From positions 173,356-237,355 of the forward strand of contig RHPI01003116.1 of the NCBI GenBank assembly GCA_009103225.1: DNA of 64,000 bases. The letters run 5' to 3'. Position numbers and translations under genes: made by a program. The stretch comes from Chlorokybus atmophyticus (taxonomy: Eukaryota; Plantae; Mesostigma and Chlorokybus algae). Below are positions 1 to 12,183 of this stretch, in pieces. Every line of letters begins with the position of its first letter. Within the stretch, counting starts at the first letter, position 1. The notes beneath the pieces were generated by a model. It saw only the letters and a program-made list of their open reading frames with translations. It was not told the origin of the DNA and made no database searches.

Positions 1-3000
1 CTTTGACCCGCTCGTGTGCACTGTCAGTGACTTTGCGAATGTGAATGTAAGCACGCACAATACCAATCATCATTGTACTTGATGTTGCCCTTTGTTAGAC
101 AATCAGAACCCTCTAGGTGCCATGCACATGGTGGTGTGGTGCAGAGGGTGGAGGGTGCCCACCTGCACAAGTGTAGGAGACAGCGGGCGCATGTGCATGT
201 GTGCGTTTGCGTTATACAAGTGACTATGAGTATACAACAACGAAGTTCAAGAAGTACATAACACATCATCGTATACAGTCCAAGACAAACACCAAGTCAA
301 CCTCTTATACACACACACATACCTGCGCAACCCTACCACTGCATCCCCTTCCACACTCCCCCCTCCCCATACTGCCAGTGCCAATCTCACAACTCTCACA
401 ATTCTCCCACTCCCACTCCCACTTTCCCCACCAACCCAACCTCCCCTCCCCTCCCCTCACGCGTACGCCCCCAGCTGCCTGTACACCCACTGCTTGATGG
501 CGACCGCCCCCGCCCGCACCTCCTGGTCGGCGCGTTTCGGGCGGAGGGGGCACGCGCGGGAACGGGAGGTGTAGCGCTGGGTGTTGTACACCTGGACGGG
601 GAGAGCAGTGCGAAAGGTTGAGTGATGAGGTTAGGTTAGGTCGTGCGAGTAAGTGCGTGCCTGCGCGCGTGCATGTGCACCCACGTGTGTCTGTATATTC
701 AGATACACATACATGCACACACGTGCACACTCACTATGCATGCACACATCCTCTCTCAAAAAGTTCTGCGCATGTGCTATCACGGACATGTGCACATGCA
801 CACGCACACGCTTGTGACAGACACACACACCCCTCACCTGCACGCTCCCGACGACGAACGTGCTCTTATGCCCATATACCCGTCCGATCCACCCCTCCGC
901 TTCCGCCCCGTTCCTCAATCCCATAGGGTACATCCCCCCTCCGAACACCTCCGAATGCGTGGTGACGTGCACCAGGGGGTGGGATGTGACGGAGGGGGAG
1001 CGGAGGTCGAGGGGGGAGGAGACGCCGAAGGAGGGGCGGAGGGGGTTGGAGAGGAGGGAAGCGAGGAGGAGCTGGGGGAGGGATACAATGAGTGAATGTG
1101 TGTGTGTGTGTGTGCGTGAGTGTATTGTCGCAGAACGACTTCAAAAATTGACACCTTGACACACGCACACATACGCGCCCACGCGCACGCGCACACGCAC
1201 GCACGCACATGCGTAACCCTACACGCACACAACATCAACTGCTTCCCTGCTGACTTCAGACTCCACTCAACACTTCTCACACCTCAACTCACACCACCCA
1301 CACCACCCACACACGACACGTCTCCCCACCCCTCTCACCTGCGTCCACACCTTCCCCGGTCCCGCCGGATAGAACTCCGTATCATCGTGCGCGGCCATGA
1401 AGTACTCCGCTCCTTCCTCCCTCGCGATGTCGAACAACCTGTTCCACACGTACGTCGTACTCCCGCTCTTCGCCATCTGATACATCCTTACACCGATGTT
1501 GGGTGTGTCATCTCCCCCCAACATGGCCGATATCCGCTTGGAGAGGCGGTCTCGTTTGTGTGGATCGCCGTAGACGGCGTCGCCGATATCCACCCCAACG
1601 TAGATGAGAATGGTATCAGTGTTGGTGTTGGTGTTCTCTAAGCAGGCTAATAGCGAGGGGAGGAGGACGTTTAGTAGTGGCAATGCGTCTGGGGAGACTA
1701 TCTGGGTGTTGGCGGTTGTGCTCGGCACGCCGATGGCGATGGTGGTGGTTGTGGGTGATGTTGTGAGCGATGTTGAGGTGGGAAGGGAGAAGAGAAGGGT
1801 GGGGAGAGTTGAGGGAGGGGCCGAGGCGGGCTGCATGAAGGAATACATTGTGAGTGTGTGTGTGCGCGTGTGGAAGTGGAGATGCATGTATGTTGGGTGT
1901 AGTGTGGGTATGTTGTGTCGGGTTTTGCGTACCTCGAGGAGGGCGATGTCGCATTCGTAGCGGGTATCAGAGGCTGTTGAAGACTTTTTGCTCCATTTAG
2001 CTTTATCTGAAGAGGTGAAAATAGCCCAATATAAAGAATGTTGAGCAGCATGTGTCGTTGTACAAGAAGTTGTTGGGCACAAACAGTTCATCAAGCTCAT
2101 CAAGAGTCACATACCTGATTGGCCAAATACAGATGCACCTGTTGCTTGCCTCTCATCCTCCTCACCCATCTGTACACAGCGACACAACACAACAGTTCAA
2201 CAACCCAACATCTGTTGTCAGCACTCAATTCAGCACCCCAGGCAAGGGTTGCGACTACTGTGTTGCCACATAACGAACACAACAACCCAAACCTCGAACA
2301 AGAAGTTCGCAGCGGGCCGAATGGGTATCGCCTCGTCCTCTGCAACATCAGTCTCCTCTGCCACTCCCCCGCAAGAAAGCAGCTGCCTTTCCAGCAACTG
2401 CAGCGCAGATACAATCACATACACGACATAAACACCTTGAAAGCAAGACACCACAACCACCACCACCACCACAACAACAACCAGTTCTCACCTTCAAGCC
2501 AGCTCGACTCGTTGTCGAGTACCCTCGCACGCCATCGATCACCACCCCGCTCTGCCCCAACGCAACAACAACAACAACATCAACCTTCCACCCACCCACC
2601 ACCACAACCCTTCTCCCAACCCAAGCCACCATCCCTCCCCCACCACACAACTCCCATCACACCTGCGATCGTAGTACGAGCGTCCCGTCCAGCTGCAGCG
2701 CCTTGACGGCGTTGTCGACCCATCCGGCGAGGTGGGTGCCGGGACGGAGGTGGAGGGCGTGGGAGTGGGAGTGGAGGGAGTGGAGGAGGAGGGAGGCGGA
2801 CTCCTGGGGTGAGGGGGATGTTGATGTAAGTGGTATATATCACATGATATATGCACATGCACACACACGGGTCCAGACACAGAGCGCGCGCGTGCGCATG
2901 CGCATGCGTGTGCGTGTGTGCACCTGCTGCTGTTGCTGAACAGGTTGTGAGCATTTGGTGGCTGACGGATACTGGGTTGTTGCCCACAGCACAGCTGCAA

Positions 3001-4045
3001 ACACAATGGACACCTTTGTCCTCAGCTCTCTCGATAAGTACATTAACTTGACACATGCAGGTCAGCGGTATTACATGTACACTTTCTCTCTCTCTCCCTC
3101 TCACCTGTGTCTATCGGCATCAGCTCCACCCCTCGCCAAAGAGATATTTCCGACGCATCTGCCGCAGATATCTCCCCCACCTGTATCGACAAAATCAGGG
3201 AAGTCAAACATGGATCGCGCCCGTGTGCGTGTGCGTGTATGTGTGCGCGCGTGTGTATGTGTCTGTATGAATTTGCATGCGTGCGTGCGAGCGTGCGCGC
3301 GTGTGTGCGCGCGCTTGAGCTTCTTTCGCACACATGTGCTATGCACTATAATTATGTGATATGTATTCAGCAAACATCTGCTTGAGCCACAGTACAATGA
3401 GCCTTGCCTGGTACAGCCGGATCTGAAGCTCGGGATGCCAGTAATGAACGCTTCCCACAAGCTGCCTCACCTCCACCATCTGCACAAACACCAAGACACA
3501 TAAACAACATGTAACGAAACATAACAATCTACAAGCCATCCAACACTGTTCAACACTCACTAGCGAGGATGAAGCGGTGGATATCAGCAGAGGCATCTCC
3601 CTCTCATAAACCCGCGGGACGGGCCGGTCATCGCTATAGAAAGACTCAAACTCCGAGTCTGATACACTGCTGGCCTGCATTGGATACAACGATACACAGG
3701 TATCATAACACATGCCATAGGACTTTGTCCCAACCCCACTACAACAAGCCACTATCTTACATTGGCTGATGATTCCTTCTCATGCGTGTTTGAGGCAATG
3801 AGAAGCGTCCGACCAGATGCGATGTTGTCGCCATCGCTGTCATCCAGGAGGAGAGGGATGTCATTGTTGATGATACTTTTGTCGTTGATGTTCTTGAGGA
3901 GGTAGGAGACATCGCCGCTGCTCAAGGAGGAGGTGGAGGTGGAGACGGAGAGGACCCAGTTGACGTTGACGAGGAAGAGCAGGAGGTTCACCACCAAGAG
4001 GCCGCCAACCGTCGCACGGACCATCCTGCTCACGCTACGCCGCAT
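1..4045 (-). CDS. Multi-exon type II membrane glycosyltransferase-like protein (GT-A/GT2-like domain); 3' end uncertain, may run off the window
   Basis: ATG at 4045 gives MRRSVSRMVRATVGGLLVVNLLLFLVNVNW (N-terminal TM anchor). The exon at ~1350-1840 encodes IAIGVPSTT...LLNVLLPSLL...ILIYVGVDIGD...VWNRLFDIAREEGAEYFMAAHDDTEF. Exons ~838-980 (VHVTTHSEVFGGGMYP...WIGRVYG) and ~463-592 join in frame across GT-AG introns. Confidence 0.7.
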
Positions 4046-4186
4046 CAGGAGGAGGACTATGACGACAGCGACGAGGAGGAGGAGGAGGAGGAGGGCGGCG
4101 GTGGCGACCAGGCCATATACATGCGACAGACAGCTAACCCCCACGTGTATGATGATACACCCTGGGATAAACCTGTGCAAACAGCG

Positions 4187-6870
4187 ATGGCGGCGAGCTC
4201 TGGGACGACGCCCTCAACAACGCCGCCGCCTCTGCCGTCGCCGCCGCCAACGGGCGCTGCTTGCACAGTGTCCATCTTTTGGATGGTGTCACGTGACTTG
4301 CGCACAAGCTTGCCTGCTGCTTGTGCGCTGTCGCACAACGGACTTGTGCGCCACGACCAAAGAAAAAGTGACATGGCATGAAGCAAAAACTTTCCTTGTG
4401 TTACAGGGGCTTTAGCTGTTTGTGTGTGCCACCTCAGGTGTGTTGTCGCCAAGGGTTGTATTGTTGATATACGCATGCTATACGGCTGTATCAGTGGTTC
4501 CTGAGTATTGTTGGTAGGTGCTCAAGCGGCGTTGGAGAGATCTCATAACCTGCTGTGATAATATTTCCATAGTAGCCTCTTCCAAAGCCCATCCCATTGA
4601 CTTGACATCAGTATCCCCGTATTGAACTAACAGAATTTCATCGTTGGGGGCGGTTTCACTCTTAAGGTACTATCTCAAGCTAGCTGATCATCGGTTGATG
4701 TATGTCCCAAAGCTCTGTCTGCAAGGGCATCCTTGCAAGCAACAACAAAGACACTCACCAGAATACGCATGGCACATGTTCTTTTCCAATGCTATTATTA
4801 CTATTTCTGCCTCGCTTCACTTTGCAATATTCACGAACAGATTATTTATGCACAATTCTTTCACAAATGGTTAACCAATATTTACCCCCATTCATGATTT
4901 GATCTGTGAGGCTGATGCATATACTGCAGACATGCACCAGTCTTGCCAGCAGATGCTTGGAGTTGTTACTACATATGTATACCAAAGAGAGTTCTGGTTG
5001 TATCTGCTACATTTTACATTATTTGTACCAGAGTTTCATCATTCAATATAAGCACAATGATGCAGATATCTGTTCGCTTGTTTGCGCGTATACACATGTC
5101 TGTATGTGCGCGTGTGCGTGCGTCCTCATGCACACACATACACAGCACGCGCACACACACTTACACACACACGTGCACGCCGCCACGCACGCATGCACGC
5201 ACGCATACAAACTATTGACGCGCATACAGAGTGAGTGCAAGTATTTGTCCATGTGAGTGCCGAGCCACAATCAACATGTAGAGCAACGCCAATCCACGTG
5301 CATGCATTCTATACGCCTTGGCCCTTGCAACCACCCCGCCCACACCCACACCCACACCCACCTTGCCCCACCTACCCACGCCATTCCTCTCACCCCTCCC
5401 CACAGGCTCCCCACACAGAAGAACTCCTCCTCCCATGCCTTCCCCCAACAACCCAAGCACCCACACCCACACCCACACCTCCCTCTCGCTCTCCGACAAG
5501 TACCACCTGGACGCCGTCGCCCGCCTCGGTTTCGCTGACCGCAGACCCGACGACCACCACCATGTGGAGAATGAGGGAAGGGAGTACGTGCCGGATGGGG
5601 ACGTGACGGGGAGGTGGAAGGTGAGGATGTGGGAATGTGGGGGTGGGTGGGTGGGTGGGTGGGGGTGGGGTTGTGGGGGTGTGCTTGGTCACTGGTGATA
5701 GTCAGCTAGTTCAGTGGTTCGTGTGCTTTGAACCCGAAAGTGACGCCCTTGTCTGTGTTCTGCGTGTGTTTATCTGTTTTTGCAGGCAGTCTTCTTCGAC
5801 TTTGATGTGAGCATGAGGAGAGAAAGGGACACACACACACACACACATATTGCATGCGTCCCTCCATATTCTCACCCGCAGGGCACCATCGCGGACACCA
5901 ACGGCGTGAAGGACGACGCCTTTGCGAAGATATTCGAGGCGTGCGACAGCGACGTGTTGCGGCAGATCATGGACTACCATCGGGCCAACGGAGGCGTGTC
6001 GCGGATCGCCAAGTTCAGGTGGGAGTTAAAGTGTCACCATGTTGGGTTGCTTGGTTGTTGGGTGTGATTTGTGGGTGAGTGATCGACTGGTGTGGGCAGG
6101 CACATCTATGAGCACATATTGCACAAGGAGCTGCCTGACAGCGAACTGGATGATCTGGCGGCAAGGTTTGTGATGCTGGATGAACTTATACATACAGTGT
6201 GTGTTTATGTTAATCTGCATGATGTGCGTGTGCGTGCGTGCAAGTGCACGGGTGCATGCCTGTGCACGCTGTGTGTGCGCGTGCGCAAGCGTGTGTGTGC
6301 ACATGCGTATGCACGCGTGTATGGGTGAATGTTTCCATACGCGCGAGTGTGCGTGCACTTGTGTATGTGCTGATGTGTTTCAGTATGCGTGCGTGCGCGT
6401 GTGTGTTTGTGTGTAAATCCTTGTTTGTTAACTCCTACCTTCACACCACCCAGGTTCACTGCTTTGGTTGAGGACCGTTGCATCGCGGCGGGCAACATAC
6501 CGGGTGCAATGGAGACCATACGCGCCCTCTACGAAGCCAAGGCACGACACTCTAACTCTACTACTACTTTACCAACGTACACACATGCACACGCACATTT
6601 ATATCCACCACATACACACATTTGTGTCATGATGTCCACAGGTACCCATGTTTGTTGTCAGCGGGACGCCTGAGGACGAGCTCAAGCGCATCGTCCACGC
6701 AAGGGACTTAGACAAGTAAGTGCGGACATGTATGGCAGTCGTAACAACCTGCACACCGCGTGGTGTTTGATGTAAGGACTGAATCCTCACTATCACCGAT
6801 GTAGGCTTACAATGTACTTTCTGTGGTGATGAGTAACTCAATAACAACAAGCTTCACACACTCACACACG

Positions 6871-6902
<32 letters not shown>

Positions 6903-7170
6903 CCCCTCTCCCCCCAGGTTCTTCCTCTCCGTCCGCGGTTCCCCTCCCCCCAAGCCCCTCCTCGTCTCGGACCTCCTTGACCTCCACTCCCTCTCCCTCG
7001 ACGCCCGGGCGCGCTGCCTGCTCGTCGGGGACGGGAGTCTCGACCAGGAGGCCGCCAGGGTGAACGGGGTCAAGTTCCTGGGAGTGGTTGGGAAAGGAGT
7101 GAATGGGTTTGGGGATGGGGTGGCGTGCTGTTATGGGGAGGTGGACTTGCATTGTGCGCCGAGGGAGTGA
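4187..7170 (+). CDS. HAD-superfamily hydrolase (phosphoglycolate-phosphatase-like, bacterial type) with an N-terminal extension of unknown domain
   Basis: Spliced exons 5786-7170 read AVFFDFD|GTIADTNGVKDDAFAKIF...YHRANGGVSRIAKF|...|VPMFVVSGTPEDELKRIV|...GSPPPK...LLVGDGSLDQEAA, which covers HAD motifs I-IV. Upstream exons (4187-5620) are plausible but their boundaries are uncertain. Confidence 0.8.
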
Positions 7171-7362
7171 GAGGGGGGGAGGATCCGCACGTGTGAAGTG
7201 CGCTGTGACAACCCGAGAATTGCGCATCCGTCTAGTCATGCATGCATGCGCATGTGCGCGTGCGTGGCTGGCGTGTGTAGTAGTCTGTGGATCTGTGTGC
7301 GAGTTGCATGTGAGTGAGATTGGTGTTTGCCGGAGGGCGTTTGGTTTTTGCAATGCGCACAG

Positions 7363-8348
7363 CTCCGAGCCAGCTGTTGTTGTCCTCCACTGCAAACGCA
7401 CTATAAAGCTGAGGGCGCACAATAGGTGCATGCATGCAGTCATCTATGTATGCACAAAAAGCAATCCACAGAGGTAAGCCAAGCAGACCAAAGCACTAGT
7501 TGTTACCTCGGAACAAGCCAACAGCAAGCAAGCAAAGACAACAAGCAAAGGGCTGGCCCCTAACGATTTCAAACTCAAACAAAAGTTTCAACACCCACGC
7601 AAACAACTATAGAAACTTGAGGTACGGTACAGGCAGGGCAGGAGGGCACTGGCAGCAACCACAGCTTGCATAGCAGCCCACCTGAAATTAAAAGCGCCAC
7701 GTGTTAGCAGCTGCCAGGAGTGGGCAGTGCTAATCGTGGCGGCCCCGCACTTTGGGTCCGAAATCGCCAGCTTGCTACTGTCACAACACACAACGGCTGC
7801 AGGCTGCGAAGTGAGCAACGGACGCTTCTGGCAAGTGCCATGTACAATGCATTGGCGCATGGCAAGTGAGTGCAGAGCATGCAGGGGACTACGCAGATGA
7901 AGGGACCAACGGCAAGCGATGCAAGAAGAGCAAGCAGCTTAGCTGGATCATAGAAGAGCAAAATTAGCAACCATGGGACTCATGCTCCCCGCAATAGCCG
8001 AACCTTAGCTGTATCATGTGGTATAGGTACTTGGCGGAGACTCTGCACAGTCCTCCAGCTATGTGTATAGCAGATGCAGCTGGAAATCTCGTGCATGAAA
8101 GGTCATACACCACAGTGCTGTCATGCACACGCGTACCACATGTGTCATGCACACACGTGGTACGCATGTGCTTGACACACCCGTACCACACGCGCGCGCG
8201 CGCGCATACGCACACATGTGGTAGGCGACGCCACTCTGTGCGGGTACTTGACTGTAGCTACTTGTGCTCGGCAGCAAACAAGAACATACGTGTCTATGAC
8301 ACGCATTTAGAAACTGAAATCGTTGCCAGATGTTTGCAATTATTGTAG
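7363..8348 (+). CDS. Downstream coding exons, probably a C-terminal extension of the HAD gene
   Basis: Phase-2-consistent exons (7363-7473, ~7708-7830, ~8027-8100, ~8225-8348) read SEPAVVVLH...|SCQEWAVLIVAAPHFGSEIASLLLSQH...|YLAETLHSPPAMCIADAAGNLVHE|RRHSVRVLDC...RCLQLL*. Confidence 0.45.
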
Positions 8349-8376
8349 ATAACTCGTTGCTACGCACATAGCAACG

Positions 8377-11325
8377 CTATTCTGTCTTTTTGGACTCAGC
8401 TTCTGAGTCGCTTCTTGCTTTGGACTTATCATCATCGCCTGATGACTCATCAAACTCCAGCAACTATGCAGAGCGGTTGATTAGAACTCCGACCAGTTTT
8501 CAAGTGCACAGCAAAAGTGTTCAAGAAGTTGACGCGTATCGTCAAAGACCAATTGCACGAGAGCTTACCTGTTTCAACTCTCCGTTCTTCAGACAGTGCA
8601 CGGTGACAAACCCGATAACCCCCGGGACAATGTACAAAAGCGCGGGTTGCGCAGCCTGTAACAACAGTAACAACAAACCACCCATCAATTCAACCATTGC
8701 TAACTTTACTAACAAAGACTGTCCTGTTGACCAAAAGTACAATGCCCGATGGTGTCAGCTCTCCTTACTGTACGGTTAAAAGCTGTGCTTGCATACAGTT
8801 ACACATAACTCGAATGCTTACCTGGAAGATGTTCATCACCGCGATGGTCGTGCCAAGCCCCGCAGCGTAGCCAGCGAATGCAGAGTAGAAGTAATGTCGC
8901 CTGCCCTTGCTGGCAATATCATACCTCAACACCAACGCAACGAAAATGCCTGCATATAACACAGGTATAACACGAGTTGAAAAAGGTAGCTTGAATCACA
9001 CAGCAAGCACAGTTTAGGCTGATATCTGGAACCAACTTCCGTTTATGTCCCAACCGAAGGCGAGGTGATCAAACCGGTGCAAAGCAGCAGAGTGGATGCA
9101 CGACACGGACTACACAATCACGCACATGCACGCGTGTGCATGCTCATGTATCCATGGATGAACAAGAATTGCATTAGTGAGAAGATACCTGGTATGACAA
9201 TATCGCCCAGGCCCAGCATGGAGAACGGTCGCGTGGCATCCGCGCTGACGGTCGGGAACAGGAGCTTGATCGGTGCGTCGAAGGACTTGGCCACGGACAC
9301 CATCACGGGCGTGCAGAACACCCAGAAGACATCATACACGAACAGCCCGCACAGCAGGATGCACCCGATCTTGAAGCTCCCTAGCGAAAGAAACTCAATG
9401 CCCTGAACGCAATGCGCCATGTTGGTTTGCACGCATAATGTTGAGCAAGTCATCCCTTGCGAAAGCACGTGCATGTGAGTGCGTGCTCGTATATGTGTGC
9501 GTGTGCGTAGTTGTGTGCACATGTGTGGTACCTGTATTGAGAATGCGAGGCCGAGTGTGTTGTTGGCGAGCCAGTGCTTGGCTTGGTAGTACCACAAGCA
9601 GAACATCAAGCTGAGAGCGCCCGCTATCGCCTGAGGGCCTGTCAGCTCTATCTCTAGTGGTTCTGCAGAACAATGTGTGACGCATAAATAAACATGTGAC
9701 ACGTAATGAGGTACATCTGCACAACAGGCGAGGTAGACAAGCATTGCCAACTAAATGCTTCCTGAGTTGGCAAGCAAGTGTGGACGGTGCACATCGGTTC
9801 ATACAATGGGGTATACAATGGAATAACAACAGTTGCTCACCCATACTACAGCACAAGTAACTCTTTTACACAAGGAGTTATGCTCACACAAGCAAAAAGA
9901 TTTACCTTTGCTCACGTAAGGTAATTGGAGTCGCCATGGCCCCAGCACACGGTTTCTCAGGGAGGCAGGCATTGCGGGAGCTAATAGAGGACTTAGCGTG
10001 GCCCTGAGTGAGCAGTTACACATCGTTGGTGCACATGAAAAGAACACAAGAAAAAGATGCCAAGCCATTCGTGTCAAAGACATACACACAAACCTGAACT
10101 TACGTCAGAGCTAAGATGCCAAGGAAGACAAAGTAGGCGGTAAGGACGGCGTTGACCAGCTCCTTGGGCACAAACTTGAAGAGCAGGAACAGCGAGAACA
10201 GCACGGCGCTTCCAATGAACGGGAAACGCATCGCGTCGTGTTGGGACATCGTTTCCTGCAAACAAGCACCGTACAGGTTGCTTGTCAAGTGCAACCAATT
10301 GTGTGCATTCTTAACCGTTTTGGGGTCACAGAATGCGGGTACACTGCACATGATGTGACCATCCTGCAGTAATGTGCTTTTATACAGCAGTTGCTTCATG
10401 CAATTGGCTGAAATGTCAACCAGCTAGAGACGATACTATCCAGATACCATGCAATACTATGCCGAGACATTGTGGCTTGACATGAAGTGCACAGGATCAG
10501 AATAGCACATGCGCCTGCTTGCTCAAAACTTACTTACAAAAATCCTGTAACTTGGCCACGTGTACTAGTGTAGCCATGTGTGCTTACATGTGCATAACAT
10601 GTGTTATGTCTGTCTGCATGCATCCCAACTGGGAAAACACACCCTGCAAGGTACTAACAGACGCTGCAAGATTGCCATTTCCAACATGTGCATACCGTTG
10701 GCGCTGTCAACTTGACGGATCTGTGCGCGCCAATGTAGACGGTCAGGCAGGCGGTGACCACAATGTTGATGTTGCTGTTGACCGGAACCACGAGCGGTGC
10801 TGCTGCCACAACTGTTGCAACACCCAACAGTTAACCTTACAGTTCCTGCATCTGAAGCCTATGCTGACTGAATTTCTACCATTGCTGTGTATTTTTTCAA
10901 ATAGAGCTGACTTTGAACTGATCATTTGCACGCATTGCCAAACAGCAGTGAAAAACTATGCCATGTGCACAGCGACATAGTGCCCAACCAATCCAAGCAA
11001 TTCAAAACAACCTTTTTTCGTGTGTCAAACAATTGAAGCCAAGAATTACAAAGCGCATTGCCCTGTGTTACAACCAATGTGACGCCAAACGTGCTTGCTG
11101 TCAATGTGTATGCCGTCGGACAGCCTAACCACCACTAAGTAAGGTAAGAAGATGAATAGGCAACTGTGCTTAGTAGATGTACATTGACGCAGTGAATGGT
11201 GTCCTAATGTAATGGGATGCAATGAAGACAGAAATTAGGTTTGCCAATGCACTAAAACCGCGCTTGCTGCTTGGGTACAACTCACCCGCTAGCAGCAGCT
11301 GCTCCCAAGCCATGGGGTAAACCAT
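8377..11325 (-). CDS. SPP: Signal peptide peptidase (GxGD intramembrane aspartyl protease)
   Basis: Exons give APLVVPVNSNINIVVTACLTVY|ETMSQHDAMRFP...|KHWLANNTLG|GIEFLSLGSF...LFVYDVFWVF...MLGLGDIVIPG|...QPALLYIVP, with the YD, LGLGD and PAL motifs and an ER-retrieval KKTE* end. Confidence 0.95.
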
Positions 11326-12183
11326 GGCTGTTAAGAGCTTGTAACTCCGCTCCGCTCGCACGCCCAAATCAGGACATTAACACCAAGCGCACCAGATTGC
11401 CACTGATGTGACCTCAACTCCGCCAAGACCGGCGCCTTCCTCGCCGCCGCCGCCGCCGTCGCCGCTGCCGCCGCCAAACACGGTTAGTGCGCAAGCCACA
11501 GCGCCGCCGGAGACGGTTAGTTGCCAAATGGCAGCGTGGCTCAACCAGCAGTTGTTAACCAGGCATGCTAACTGAGGCGGTGCCAACGTGGTCAGTGGCG
11601 TGGGCGGCGACGTCGGCGGTGGCGACGGTGACGTTGTCCCCCTGCGCAGCTGGCAGGTGAGCTGCTGTTGCGTGCAGTGTTTGACTGTAACCGCGATGAT
11701 TGTTACGGCGTATCAAGCATGCAACCGAGTAGAGCTCCGGTGCTTGGCTTTGTCCTTTGCTGCTGGCTTGGCTTAGCTTTCGCACTTGCGCCAAGGTTGC
11801 AGCATGCTGCGACTTGTGTTGAAGCGTCAGTCTTCTGGTTACACATTTTCAGTGTGCAAATAGCATGTGTACGCGTAGCATGAGTTGCTGCTGCGGACGT
11901 GAGCGTGGGTTTAGTCTCTGGCAACAGCATGCTGCTCTGTGTGGCTCCGCGCTTTGTTGTGCCTGTGTTTGCAAAGCTCAGCGCTAATTACGTGTGCGTG
12001 CGTGCGTGCGTGCGTGTGGGCATGCTTAGTAATGTTTATTGGCATGCAGCAAACCTGCGCGTGCAGGTTTCATGTGCCATGCGCTTGCCAGGACTAAACT
12101 TGGTTATTGTTGTCGCAGTATCTATACGTCAAAGACAAAGGTTGCTAGCTTGTTGATTGGTGGCGGTGTCCGGTCAAGGAGGT

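Noticed and set aside
643-7443. Long His/Thr/Val/Cys-rich ORFs in the six-frame track
   Set aside because: They are translations of intronic (CA)n/(GT)n/(GCAC)n repeats or antisense shadows of real exons.
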